Shown here in pieces: positions 35,356 through 45,049 of a stretch of 64,000 nucleotides of DNA. Within the stretch, counting starts at the first letter, position 1. Every line of letters starts with the position of its first letter. The stretch covers positions 1-64,000 of the IMG/VR virus record IMGVR_UViG_3300014326_000001. One strand, 5' to 3'. Position numbers and translations under genes: made by a program. Origin of the DNA: a virus. Lineage: Duplodnaviria > Caudoviricetes. The notes below the pieces were generated by a model. It did no database searches, was not told the origin of the DNA, and saw only the letters and a program-made list of their open reading frames with translations.

Positions 35356-38300
35356 CTACGCTAAATCGGTAGTTCGGAATTGCTCAACCCAGATGGAGCC
35401 TGTCGATCTGAACGCAATGGAACTAGATCGACCCGCCTGAGTGGTTTGGGTTCCTGACGAATGAAACGTCGAAGCGAACGTTACCACGACTGAGCCGCCC
35501 GCGCCGTTCAAGGTGTTAATAAAAATCCAGTCTCCCGCGCTTCCTGCCCCCGTAGGGGTAATTGTTGCCGTTGCGGAAGTAGCAAATACCGCCGTGATGT
35601 CGTGACTAGAGATTGAGACATCAAGGCTAACGCCAGCCGCCCACGCATCTGCCGTGGTTGGCGTTGTTCGTAGTTTCCCTGTGTTTCCAATGGTTAACGC
35701 AGTGGCAGAAGCGGCGCCAAGTGCGGGCGTAACCAATACCGGAGAAGTGGCAAATACTAGCGGCCCGCTACCTGTTTCCCCTGTTACCGCTGCGGCGAGA
35801 TTTGCGCTGGAAGGTGTCCCAAGAAAAGTGGCTACTCCGGTTCCAAGTCCTGAGACTCCCGTGCCGATAGCGATTTGACCACCACCCGCAGCGTTTGAAT
35901 GATCATGCGTGGCGTTTGTAAAACTAGCAATCGTTGGTGTAACTATCGTGGGACTGCTTGCAAGAACGAGGTTCCCTGTTCCAGTTCGATTTGTAGTGGT
36001 TAATGCAGTCCCACCATTGATAACTAAAGAAGTGTTTGCGGTAAGCGTGGTGAACGTTCCAGCGGCAGGGGTTCCTGCGCCAATAGCTCCGGGGTCAGCA
36101 AAGTCTTGTCCGTCAAGTTTATCTGAATTGAGATTCGTAACCTTAGTTGTAGATGCGATAATTAACGGCGCGGTTCCCGTTGCAATCGTAGACTGAAACT
36201 GACTCGCGGAAAGGACTCCACTATCGGGCGTGAGAACGATGTCCCCTGCCGCGTTGGTAGTTATGACGTTTAAATCGCCAGCAGCATTCCTAAACCCCAA
36301 CGCACCCGTGCAAATTACTATCTGAGGATTTGCATAAGCCGTAGAAGTTCGGCTTCCCCAATTTGGTAGCGTATTAAACTCTCCCGGTGAGATACCAAAT
36401 ACCATCGACGCGGCTTCACTGTTAGAGAAATTGTAAGCGTCAGGGCCGATCTTGTTGATCATTTCAACGGAGCCCCGCGCTTGATTGTCCAGCAAGAACC
36501 CGTAAACCTGTCCTCCGGTTTGATTGTTCACGTATACAACCCCAAACTTAGGGCCGCTTCCGTTCACATCCAGTGGAGACGTATAGCAAAACACCTTACG
36601 GGCAGCAGACTCATCGTAAGAATCTTCTATTCGCGCCGTTGCAAAGTTCGTTGAAAAATCGTCGAGATATTCGTTGGTGAAATAGTATTTATAGTGGCTG
36701 CTTCCCGCCTGCTCAACTCCGTCCCAACTGTTATTTTGGGTTGCGATTCTCACGCTGCCGCTGTTGGCTACGCTACCTGAATTGGCAATCGTACATTGGA
36801 CGTGCTCAAATTGCTGCCACACGTTTTGATTGCCGGAGAAGTCAACCCCCCAAGTGTCGGCAAAGATGGTCACGCGACTATAATTGCCGTCAGAAGAATT
36901 ATGTGACCCTGAACTACATCCGTTGGTCTTCGCGAGCAGTCCTATTGAGCCAACCTCGTTAGCTCGAATCGTTACATTATCAAGCGCATTGTTGTAACCT
37001 AAACTTGAATCAAAACCAGAGAGAGCCATTCCATACTTCACGCGACTGTTCGGATCGCCAAACTCGATGTTACTGATCACTAACCCCGACGCGGTATTTA
37101 CAACTCCCGTAGCTCCGGTCTTAGAACCCGTGTAGTTAACTTTTGTCAGCCCAAACGGTGTCCCGCTTTGATCGTTTGACCCGTAGCCAAGAATCTGTAT
37201 TCCCGACTTGAACGTACCGCTCGACCTTCCCCCAAATATCAACGGAACATTCGTGGTTTCAACTGCCGCAGGAAGAACGACTAGCCCGCCCCCCGCAGCT
37301 AGTGCCGCTGTATACGCTTGCTGTAAAGCTGAAATGGTAGATGTCGGTGTCGAGGTGGTGTGCGCTGTGCCGTTCGCATCGAAGGTGTGAATCGGATGAC
37401 GTACCCACCAAATCGGGTTCTCTGCCTGAAACTTCATTGCTCCCGTAGTCGCGGCGGTGCCAGCGTAGATTCTAATTGCGCAAGCTCCCGGTGGAGGAGT
37501 CTCTGTCACGTACAACGGCATCCACGAGCCTACGGTTGCGCTGGGAGGCGTTACACCCGTCGAGATAGGGGAAAGGTCAGTCTCGCCGTTCTCCGTGACG
37601 TAGGAGTACGAAAAGAACAATGTGCCCATAGTCGAGAGTAGGCTTGTTATCTTCGTCAGCGTAGGCGCGACGTTGGGAGTCTCACCTAACGGAGTTGACC
37701 CATCCGGCATAGTCGCGGTTGATCCGCCCGGAGGTGCTGCTCCCGCTGCGTTGTAAGCCACAGCGAATCCGCCAAAGGAATTATCTTCACCGAATCCTGT
37801 GTTGTTATTCTCAACCGCCCCAGAAACATCCGTAGCCCGCTTGAACGTATTTGCTCCGTCCAAGTCTTTGATGTAGACGTTGGCTGAAGCCGCCAGAGTT
37901 GAATTCGGCGCGTTGGCTTTTACTGCTAAACCTTGACCTTCAACAGCGGTAAAGCTGGGGGACGCCGTGCCGATAGTTGATTCACCTGTTCGTCCATTGT
38001 AGGTAATTGCTACTTGATACCTGTGGGCGTCGGTAAATGATCCATTCCCCGGCTGTACCCCAAACGTTCCAAGAGTCACAGTCGGAGTCGAAACGGTCGG
38101 CGCAGACGCAGGAGCAGGAACAGTCTGAACAGCAGCGGTATATAATCCGGCGTTGAACTGAGCAACACGCGGATCGTTATTCCCTACGGCAATGGGATTC
38201 GTAGCACTAAGAGGCACTACGCTTAACTTGGAAATTCCTTTGATTAAGGCCGAAGCATTTGATGCGGGACTAAGAGTATTAAAATATGAAATCGTTGCCG

Positions 38301-38706
38301 AGCGAGTTAGGTAGTCAGTTGGCGGATTCGCCAGAGTATTTGCGCCCTCGTTGTAGATCGTTAACTGCGGAAAGGTAATAACACCGCCCGGATACTCTGC
38401 TTCGGAAGGAACGACCCACTGATTAAAAAGAAAAGTCTTACCTGAATTACCAACAAAGAATTGCGCGGTACACCAAATTGATTGCGGATAAGGAACGTTC
38501 GCGTCAATGGTCGTGAAAACATCTTCAGCGTCGATGGTTACAATGTCCCCTGAGATGGAACACTGAAACTCGATGTAGTTGCTTTGGCCGCCTAAAACAT
38601 TTTCATCGTTGACATCGAGATACGATTGGTTATACCACCATCGAAGCGTCAATGGCTCTCGGAACCCCGGCGCAAACTGAACCTCAAATTGATCAAGGGT
38701 TAACAT
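35356..38706 (-). CDS. Tailspike / tail fibre with central beta-helix (depolymerase-like)
   Basis: 1116 aa, Thr/Gly/Ser/Ala-rich; ALQQAYTAALAAGGGLVVLP pectate-lyase-3-like entry, followed by Asn-ladder repeats. Confidence 0.8.
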   Translation of the reverse strand: MLTLDQFEVQFAPGFREPLTLRWWYNQSYLDVNDENVLGGQSNYIEFQCSISGDIVTIDAEDVFTTIDANVPYPQSIWCTAQFFVGNSGKTFLFNQWVVPSEAEYPGGVITFPQLTIYNEGANTLANPPTDYLTRSATISYFNTLSPASNASALIKGISKLSVVPLSATNPIAVGNNDPRVAQFNAGLYTAAVQTVPAPASAPTVSTPTVTLGTFGVQPGNGSFTDAHRYQVAITYNGRTGESTIGTASPSFTAVEGQGLAVKANAPNSTLAASANVYIKDLDGANTFKRATDVSGAVENNNTGFGEDNSFGGFAVAYNAAGAAPPGGSTATMPDGSTPLGETPNVAPTLTKITSLLSTMGTLFFSYSYVTENGETDLSPISTGVTPPSATVGSWMPLYVTETPPPGACAIRIYAGTAATTGAMKFQAENPIWWVRHPIHTFDANGTAHTTSTPTSTISALQQAYTAALAAGGGLVVLPAAVETTNVPLIFGGRSSGTFKSGIQILGYGSNDQSGTPFGLTKVNYTGSKTGATGVVNTASGLVISNIEFGDPNSRVKYGMALSGFDSSLGYNNALDNVTIRANEVGSIGLLAKTNGCSSGSHNSSDGNYSRVTIFADTWGVDFSGNQNVWQQFEHVQCTIANSGSVANSGSVRIATQNNSWDGVEQAGSSHYKYYFTNEYLDDFSTNFATARIEDSYDESAARKVFCYTSPLDVNGSGPKFGVVYVNNQTGGQVYGFLLDNQARGSVEMINKIGPDAYNFSNSEAASMVFGISPGEFNTLPNWGSRTSTAYANPQIVICTGALGFRNAAGDLNVITTNAAGDIVLTPDSGVLSASQFQSTIATGTAPLIIASTTKVTNLNSDKLDGQDFADPGAIGAGTPAAGTFTTLTANTSLVINGGTALTTTNRTGTGNLVLASSPTIVTPTIASFTNATHDHSNAAGGGQIAIGTGVSGLGTGVATFLGTPSSANLAAAVTGETGSGPLVFATSPVLVTPALGAASATALTIGNTGKLRTTPTTADAWAAGVSLDVSISSHDITAVFATSATATITPTGAGSAGDWIFINTLNGAGGSVVVTFASTFHSSGTQTTQAGRSSSIAFRSTGSIWVEQFRTTDLA

Positions 38707-39240
38707 CTATCGTTCTCGTACCGCTTCTCCGTTTTGAACTCGTTCACGTATTGCTGGAGCGTAAATATCAAAACTGGTTCGGTATCGCTCCCGCGAGGCT
38801 TCGCCGTAAACAGTCGCCCACGGTGCTACGTCTTTCGTTATAATCGCTCCTGCGCCAATGAAGGCATGTTCTCCAATTTTTACCCCCGGCAAGATCGTGG
38901 CGTTTGCCCCAATAACCGCGTGGTCGCCTATCACTGGAGGCTGCGCAATGTATTCAGTGTTGCCACAGATCGGCCTCTTGTCGTCGCAGAACATCGCGTG
39001 GGGAGAAATAAAAACATTGCTGCCAACCTTAGAGTTGGGCGGCAAGAAAGCAAAGGCCGAGATGCGTGTGTTATCTCCAACGATCGTTCCGCGTCCTATC
39101 TCACAGTGCGAGCCTAAACTGCAATCCTTGCCTACAACCACATCGGCCAAGACAACGGCGAAGTGCCAGATAGTCGTACCATCACCTATCACGGCTGACT
39201 TGTCGATGAAGTTGAATGCGCCATTAGAGAATTGATTCAT
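38707..39240 (-). CDS. Hexapeptide-repeat (left-handed beta-helix) sugar acyltransferase, WbpD/WxcM-like
   Basis: AVIGDGTTIWHFAVV...VIGDHAVIGANATILPGVKIGEHAFIGAGAIITKDV. Confidence 0.9.
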   Translation of the reverse strand: MNQFSNGAFNFIDKSAVIGDGTTIWHFAVVLADVVVGKDCSLGSHCEIGRGTIVGDNTRISAFAFLPPNSKVGSNVFISPHAMFCDDKRPICGNTEYIAQPPVIGDHAVIGANATILPGVKIGEHAFIGAGAIITKDVAPWATVYGEASRERYRTSFDIYAPAIRERVQNGEAVRER

Positions 39241-40285
39241 AAACCTCCCGCATTGCGAGTGCCATAGATTCGTCGCTTGGAATCGGATCGGGAACACGAG
39301 GCTCCCGTTGACCCTTCAAAATCTCAATAAGCTCTACCGCCATATCTAATTGCGATCCCTCGCGCACCCAAAAATGGCTGTAAGGGTTTCCCCAATAGGA
39401 AATCACCTTTGCGCCACAAAGATTGGCTTCCATGCCCATGCGGTTCATGTCCCCGTATCTGACACCATTCCAGTAGAAATCCACGCTGTTGAGAACGTGC
39501 CTCAGCTCGTCATGCGCCCACGTTAAAGGTGAAACATGCGCTCCGTAACTTGTGCCGTTCCGATCAATGATCGGGAACCAGATGCGATGTTGATCCTGTG
39601 GGACATAGTTTGCGTGAAGACATGCATCAGGGATTTCTTTGTATATCCATGGCCAACAGATGAAAATATCGTAAACCCATTTCATGAAGTGACTGTTCTC
39701 ACTCGTCATTACACTTGGGTTGCCCGAAAACTTTCCTCTGCTTCTCCCTGCTCTCCAGAAGTCTAACTCTAGCCCTAAAGGAAGAAGGCGCACCTTAGTG
39801 GCCTTGTCACACATGGACTGAAGTATGGCCTGATGGCGCGGCCAGAACGTACAAACCGCGTCAGCGGTTCTCATCCAATGCATCCAAAGCTGAAGGGAGT
39901 CGGAGTGCCCGTATCCCTTCTTGCTGTCCTCCATGCTCTGATGTACCACGTATTCAGGGGTTCCGTGGCTGATCCAAGCCATCTTGAGAGGACGCGTAAG
40001 CCGTTTCAACATCTCGTTGGGAAAATGCGTGTGGGGCACATGCACGTCCGCATCGGCGTACTGATCCCACTGCTCACTCGGAACCTCTTGAACGTTTATC
40101 AAATAACTATCTAAGCCAAGCTTCTTCTCTGCGTTACAGAGAGTCTTTGCTACTTGGTTCATCCCTGAATTGTTAAACGCTGTCCAGTGGCAAATCTTAA
40201 GTCCCGCATGCGAAGCCGACGCCGCGACGATACGAGGCTGAGACTTGGTGCCAACGTTTTTCTTCGCGGTCTTCTTAGCCGCCAT
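39224..40285 (-). CDS. GT-B fold glycosyltransferase (GT4-like)
   Basis: ADVHVPHTH, ADAVCTF, PLGLELDFW, GMEANLCGAKVI. Confidence 0.75.
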   Translation of the reverse strand: MAAKKTAKKNVGTKSQPRIVAASASHAGLKICHWTAFNNSGMNQVAKTLCNAEKKLGLDSYLINVQEVPSEQWDQYADADVHVPHTHFPNEMLKRLTRPLKMAWISHGTPEYVVHQSMEDSKKGYGHSDSLQLWMHWMRTADAVCTFWPRHQAILQSMCDKATKVRLLPLGLELDFWRAGRSRGKFSGNPSVMTSENSHFMKWVYDIFICWPWIYKEIPDACLHANYVPQDQHRIWFPIIDRNGTSYGAHVSPLTWAHDELRHVLNSVDFYWNGVRYGDMNRMGMEANLCGAKVISYWGNPYSHFWVREGSQLDMAVELIEILKGQREPRVPDPIPSDESMALAMREVYESIL

Positions 40286-40921
40286 TTAAGACGCTGCCGT
40301 AGACTGAGCGGTTGAAACGTTCGCGCTCTGTGAAAGGTTCTGTGAACCAGCTACCGATGCAGTCGCGCTGACACCGCTTAACGTCGCGCTACCCGCCACC
40401 GAGCCAACAGTTGAGATCGTCGTACTTTGCGAAACGTTCTGACTGGTCGCGTTGGATGCCGTCTGTGAAATGATTAGTGAGTTGCTTGTAGCCGCGCTGG
40501 TCGCACTCGATGCGTTCAACCCTGCCGAGACGCTTGCAGATGAGGCCGTAGAAGCCCTCAGGCCTGCTGAATCAGCTTTAGACGACGCGGTAGCTGCTTG
40601 AGTGGTTGAAAACTGCGCAGCGATGATCCACAGGCCAGTGGAAGTGGTCTCAAGTTCTACCGCTTCACTGGTGGCGTCGAGGGAAGTCGAGAATGTGGCA
40701 CCTGCGTTGACTATCGTGACCGTGTTCCCTGACGAATCAGCGGAACTGATACTGACTACTACGCGGTGATATGCTCCACTTTGAAGATCGTCGTAGAGTG
40801 TAATCGTGAATCCGCCGCCCGTGGCATCCGCGACAATTTGCTCGATCTCAGGATTCGTCAAACTGTAAGTTGTGCTTACGTTGACGGTCTGAATCTGCCT
40901 TCCGATCTGAGTGATTGGCAT
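40286..40921 (-). CDS. Decoration-like protein with Ser/Thr/Ala-rich C-terminal half
   Basis: ADATGGGFTITL...SADSSGNTVTI domain, then about 105 aa of low-complexity S/T/A sequence. Confidence 0.75.
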   Translation of the reverse strand: MPITQIGRQIQTVNVSTTYSLTNPEIEQIVADATGGGFTITLYDDLQSGAYHRVVVSISSADSSGNTVTIVNAGATFSTSLDATSEAVELETTSTGLWIIAAQFSTTQAATASSKADSAGLRASTASSASVSAGLNASSATSAATSNSLIISQTASNATSQNVSQSTTISTVGSVAGSATLSGVSATASVAGSQNLSQSANVSTAQSTAAS

Positions 40922-40933
40922 CTTTATTTCTCC

Positions 40934-41593
40934 TTAATGGCTGAACTGGTATTTCGCTTGAAAGGCAGCTAAAGACGCCTCTCTGTCGATTGAGTCGTTA
41001 ATCTCCTCAAGGCACTGACTACATACCTCGACTTCGTTTACTTCTGGTTCGTAAGGAATTCTTAGTTCCTCAATAGCGTTGAAAATATCTTGCTCGCTCC
41101 AGTTGTAGAGCGGCGCATCCATCATCGTTGCGCCAACTTCTACTCTCTGCGGGAATGTTGCTTTCATTAGCGGGTGCGAGTCCTCTGCGCGGTATCCCCA
41201 CAGAGTCAGATCGCTATTCCAGTTAAACAGTGGCGTCCTCACTGTTGAGAGCTTTTCGAGTTCACACTTCTCACTTGGCTTCAAGTCTGAAATCAACGGC
41301 ACTCTCGTTTGCCCGAATGAGTATTCATCAATCAGTGAGTACCCGTCTCCATTCGGAACTAGATACCTGTCTGCTGGGGCGTAAGAGTAAACTTGTAGAT
41401 CGTTCTCGATGATGATTGACTCCGCGAACTTTGATAACTTGTCGCCAAAGTAAAAGATCGGGATATTCGGTAAAACTTGTCGAGCAAGCGTTAAGAGAAC
41501 TAAACTATCTTTGCCAAAGCTAACAAGTATCGACGGGTTCTTAGCTTGCGCTAGAGACTTGCGAATATACTCAACGGCTTCGTGGATCATCAC
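40934..41593 (-). CDS. PAPS-reductase-like PP-loop protein
   Basis: SFGKDS PP-loop, WGYRAED, PLYNWSEQDIF, C-terminal CSQC. Confidence 0.75.
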   Translation of the reverse strand: MMIHEAVEYIRKSLAQAKNPSILVSFGKDSLVLLTLARQVLPNIPIFYFGDKLSKFAESIIIENDLQVYSYAPADRYLVPNGDGYSLIDEYSFGQTRVPLISDLKPSEKCELEKLSTVRTPLFNWNSDLTLWGYRAEDSHPLMKATFPQRVEVGATMMDAPLYNWSEQDIFNAIEELRIPYEPEVNEVEVCSQCLEEINDSIDREASLAAFQAKYQFSH

Positions 41594-42060
41594 ATCATCG
41601 CCATTCCAGCCGCACCTTGCCCGACTTCCATAATATCGCCGAACAGATTGTTCCCCTGTACTGTTTTACTTGTGCCGCTACTAGTTCCAGACGAGCCTTG
41701 TTGAACGATTCTGGGAGCCATTAGCGCAGCCAACGCGCCCTTTTGGCCGCCAATCTGCTGATTCTGATCGTACTGCCCAAGACGAAACGCCTGAGAGGCA
41801 TTCTGATCTATCTCTCGGTTCCCTGCGCGTTTCAGGGCGTCTTGCATAGTTGCCGAGTACTTACCTGAAAGCGGATTTATAAAAGACGAATTAAAACGAT
41901 TTTTGGAATCTGCCGCCCCGTAAGCAATCGATGGATCAATCTGCGGCTTGTAGTTTGCGTAGTCGTCAATATACTTGTTGGACTCCGGCTGAATCTGCCC
42001 ATATGTCGCGGTGTTGGCGTAGTTCTGGGTGGTTGCTACGTCGGTCTTTTTCTTTGCCAT
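41590..42060 (-). CDS. Putative DNA ejection/pilot protein (P22 gp7-like position)
   Basis: Gln/Gly/Ser-rich with Gly-rich hydrophobic C-terminus, downstream of the tail hub and GNAT genes. Confidence 0.5.
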   Translation of the reverse strand: MAKKKTDVATTQNYANTATYGQIQPESNKYIDDYANYKPQIDPSIAYGAADSKNRFNSSFINPLSGKYSATMQDALKRAGNREIDQNASQAFRLGQYDQNQQIGGQKGALAALMAPRIVQQGSSGTSSGTSKTVQGNNLFGDIMEVGQGAAGMAMM

Positions 42061-42087
42061 GATACTAATCTGTGCTATACTGCGCTT

Positions 42088-42618
42088 ATGCCTTTAGCTA
42101 ACCCGTCGCCGCTAGTCTTATCTGAACAAGATATTAAACGTTTTTGGGGTCGCGTTAATGTCGGCGATCCCGATGAATGCTGGGAATGGAAGAATCTGAA
42201 TACGTTCAGATATGGCCTGTTTTACTTTCATCAAAACGGTGTTAGGCGAGATGTAGTGGCGCATCGAGTGGCCTACTTTCTGCGTCATGGTGTCAATCCC
42301 GCCGAATTGTGCGTACTTCATAAGTGCGATAACAAACGATGCTGCAACCCGAATCATCTTGAAATAGGCGATTTTCAGAAAAACATGAAAGACGCCGTAC
42401 GAAGGGGGCTTATTGAAACAGGGCCACGCAAGGTTTATCGACTTGTCGGACGCGGCGAGCGCCAGCACCTTGCGAAACTGACCAAAGAGAAAGTTCTTGA
42501 AATTCGCAGACTCCACGCAGAAGAAGGAATTGGGTGTCGAAGGTTGGCGCGAATGTTCTCCGTTACAAGCAACAATATTCTTTACGTATTGCGGCGAGCA
42601 ACTTGGAAGCATGTCTAG
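42088..42618 (+). mobile_element. HNH homing endonuclease, antisense insertion
   Basis: CWEWK...AHRVAY...VLHKCDNKRCCNPNHL...NMKD. Confidence 0.9.
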
Positions 42619-42635
42619 AGTTTTCTTCTTCGCCA

Positions 42636-43151
42636 TTACGCCGCCATCTCCATCTGTTGAGCTTCAGGTCTTATCGAATACTTCATCCAGCGGATTACTT
42701 TCCCCTTGTAAGTCCCTCGATACATACATACGCCTTCAAACCGAAACCCAATATTATCACAAAGTTGTCGCACTGCTAGATTCTTTTCCGCGATGAACGC
42801 AAACCCTTCTTTCATACCCATTCCCAAGAAGTCGCGAACCACCTGATTGATGCCTTGAGTCAACGCTTTCACATCTGAACCACGCTTAGCCCAAAGGTGA
42901 GAGTTGAAAGTATCTTTCCCCGCCGCTGCGACCACTAGCAAGCCGATTAATTCTGCATCGAATATGCCAACTATGATGTCATTCGCTTCGGCCAGCATCG
43001 CTAAAAACCCATCTACGTCATCAGGGCCGAACACTTGATCCATCTGCAAATACCACGATGGCTTACCTTGATCCCAATAGAACGCCTCCCGCAGAAGCAA
43101 TTCATCGGTTTCAGGGTAGAGTCTTCGGAGGTTCATCCTAGTGCCGTACAA
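42636..43151 (-). CDS. GNAT-like protein (P22 gp14/DUF2824-like position)
   Basis: FIAEKNLAVRQLCDNIGFRFEG resembles the GNAT N..a..l....GF..EG motif. Confidence 0.65.
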   Translation of the reverse strand: MYGTRMNLRRLYPETDELLLREAFYWDQGKPSWYLQMDQVFGPDDVDGFLAMLAEANDIIVGIFDAELIGLLVVAAAGKDTFNSHLWAKRGSDVKALTQGINQVVRDFLGMGMKEGFAFIAEKNLAVRQLCDNIGFRFEGVCMYRGTYKGKVIRWMKYSIRPEAQQMEMAA

Positions 43152-43498
43152 ATTGCCGCGTGCAATGCTAGGTTATCCGAGTCCATCGGCGTGCCGTTAA
43201 TGGACTCGATGATGATTACCCCTGCGGCCAAACTGGACACCAAGTCGTAGTCGCCATTGTTGCAAACCTGATAGTTTCCGCCTCGGTCTTTATGCTCCGC
43301 TCGCACTAACGTATAACCATCAGCATTTGTGAACAATTCGATATTTCCAAAATCCGACTTGGGGTAACATGCCCGTAAAATGGCTTGAGGTTTGGGATCG
43401 GGTTCATTCAGTGCAAAGTATGGCGCATAATCGTTGTACTCAAATAATAGTCTATCGCTCTCTGATGTCACCACCACGAAGTTTGCCATTACACCCAC
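43133..43498 (-). CDS. Hypothetical late protein
   Basis: 121 aa, overlapping both neighbours. Confidence 0.6.
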   Translation of the reverse strand: MGVMANFVVVTSESDRLLFEYNDYAPYFALNEPDPKPQAILRACYPKSDFGNIELFTNADGYTLVRAEHKDRGGNYQVCNNGDYDLVSSLAAGVIIIESINGTPMDSDNLALHAAICTALG

Positions 43499-44511
43499 TC
43501 CACGTTCATGTAAGCTGCAACGTTAATAGCTGAACTTCCCAATGCAGGGGTTCCAACCAAAGCAATCACGTCAGTCGCGCCAAGTTGGGAAAGTAGGTTC
43601 TCCACCGACTTATAGTTCTGCATGTTCAAACTCGCATAGGTACAATCTATTTCTCTTCCACCCGTAACGAGATTCAGCAGCGTCCCCACGACGGATTGGA
43701 AGGGCGTGCTTGCTACATCTACGAACGTCGCTACACCTGCAATCGTCGGGTTCAACACAAGGCTGAGTTTCAGGAAATCGTTCGTCTTGATCGTTCCTTC
43801 ATAGCCTTTGATTCTAACGAAGTTCCCGACTGCTGTTTTCTTCCTTACCGCTGCGAGTAAATATCCGATCCCCGCCGTGGTTAGGCTGATACCGCCCACC
43901 GCCGACTGGACAGGTACGCAGGAATTAGGAGCCATTGTCGGCCAACCTGAAAGTCGATTGATAATCGTTGTGAGACTCGTTAATTCCGTAACTTGATTGG
44001 CGGCTGAAGCTGCCCCTGTAGGCAACGGAAGTGACGCAGCGGATACGGGTTGGGTCGCAGGTAAATTAGAAACCGCAACCGTTCCGGTGACGGCTTGACT
44101 CGCCGGAAGGTTAGAGACGGATACCGAGCCGGAAACGGGCTGCGTTACACCCGATCCGTCCACCTTAAATCTATGGTTAGTCTGGTCGTAGATGTCGCGC
44201 AGCATTTTATTCGTGCCGCGCAGTCGTGACGAAAGAGTTCCTCCGTCTGTATCTGACATTAACGAAGCGTCGTCTATTGTTCCAAGAACCGCAGTTAAGG
44301 CATCCCCTTGATTTGGCGTAATAGGAGGAGGTGCGGGAGGTGAAACATCAAGAGTTCCGCGTCGCTCAATCTTGTATGAATAGTTCCCATCAAGAGAAAG
44401 CTTGTACGCCGCTAACGCTGTGGTTGCGCTGAACGTGGTATATTCAGCCGTCCAGTCAGACTGGCCGACAACGCTCTCACCGTCCATTGCGATAAACCGA
44501 AATTCTCTCAT
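43489..44511 (-). CDS. Tail/fibre-associated structural protein
   Basis: TQPVSGSVSVSNLP and TQPVSAASLPLPTGAA repeats. Confidence 0.65.
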   Translation of the reverse strand: MREFRFIAMDGESVVGQSDWTAEYTTFSATTALAAYKLSLDGNYSYKIERRGTLDVSPPAPPPITPNQGDALTAVLGTIDDASLMSDTDGGTLSSRLRGTNKMLRDIYDQTNHRFKVDGSGVTQPVSGSVSVSNLPASQAVTGTVAVSNLPATQPVSAASLPLPTGAASAANQVTELTSLTTIINRLSGWPTMAPNSCVPVQSAVGGISLTTAGIGYLLAAVRKKTAVGNFVRIKGYEGTIKTNDFLKLSLVLNPTIAGVATFVDVASTPFQSVVGTLLNLVTGGREIDCTYASLNMQNYKSVENLLSQLGATDVIALVGTPALGSSAINVAAYMNVEWV

Positions 44512-44519
44512 TTAGAAAA

Positions 44520-44966
44520 TCAAGGGAAGATTTGCGACCACACTGCCGCTCCCGTCGTCGCGTCTTGGCAGACATAGGTTATTGGCCCTGTCGTGTCTGT
44601 CCATAATGAGTTAATCGAGTAGCCGTTAGCGTCATCATCGTCCACTGTTGGAGCTACGTTTGTGGCAGTCTGCTTGGCGATTCCAATGTTTGTTAGAATA
44701 CCCGCAACTGTAGTTGCTCCCGTACCGCCCGATGCAATCGCCAGCGTTCCGGTAAGAGTGATTGTTGTGCCACCGGGGGTAAAAGCTAATCCTGTCGTCC
44801 CCCCGGAGAACGTAATGGTTGGCCCCGACACCGAATTAATCGTGGTGATAGCAATGGAGCCGGGAATGGCTGGAATATTTATAGTTTCGGCAGTCCCGCC
44901 GCTATAACTGTTATAGGTAACAGTTGGATCGGTTACTGGGTCAAAATCGCCACCTATTCTTGCCAT
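44520..44966 (-). CDS. Short tail needle/fibre-like protein
   Basis: Thr/Gly-rich, GTLAIASGGTGATT motif, GGAG RBS. Confidence 0.6.
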   Translation of the reverse strand: MARIGGDFDPVTDPTVTYNSYSGGTAETINIPAIPGSIAITTINSVSGPTITFSGGTTGLAFTPGGTTITLTGTLAIASGGTGATTVAGILTNIGIAKQTATNVAPTVDDDDANGYSINSLWTDTTGPITYVCQDATTGAAVWSQIFP

Positions 44967-45049
44967 TTATGCTATACTCCAAACAAGTTTGAGCCGCCGA
45001 GACTGACATCCCGAACGGCTCCGATCAACGCAGAAAGGTAACTTCCGCA

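Noticed and set aside
35356-38706. Diversity-generating retroelement targeting the tailspike
   Set aside because: No reverse transcriptase ORF, and no second near-identical copy of any tail-gene 3' end was seen
33490-38709. Genome-wide TAG recoding (genetic code 15) suggested by the in-frame amber at 33490
   Set aside because: TAG ends normal genes at sensible places (35356, followed by an RBS and ATG 10 nt later; 38707, abutting the tailspike ATG), long genes are intact in code 11, and no suppressor tRNA is seen
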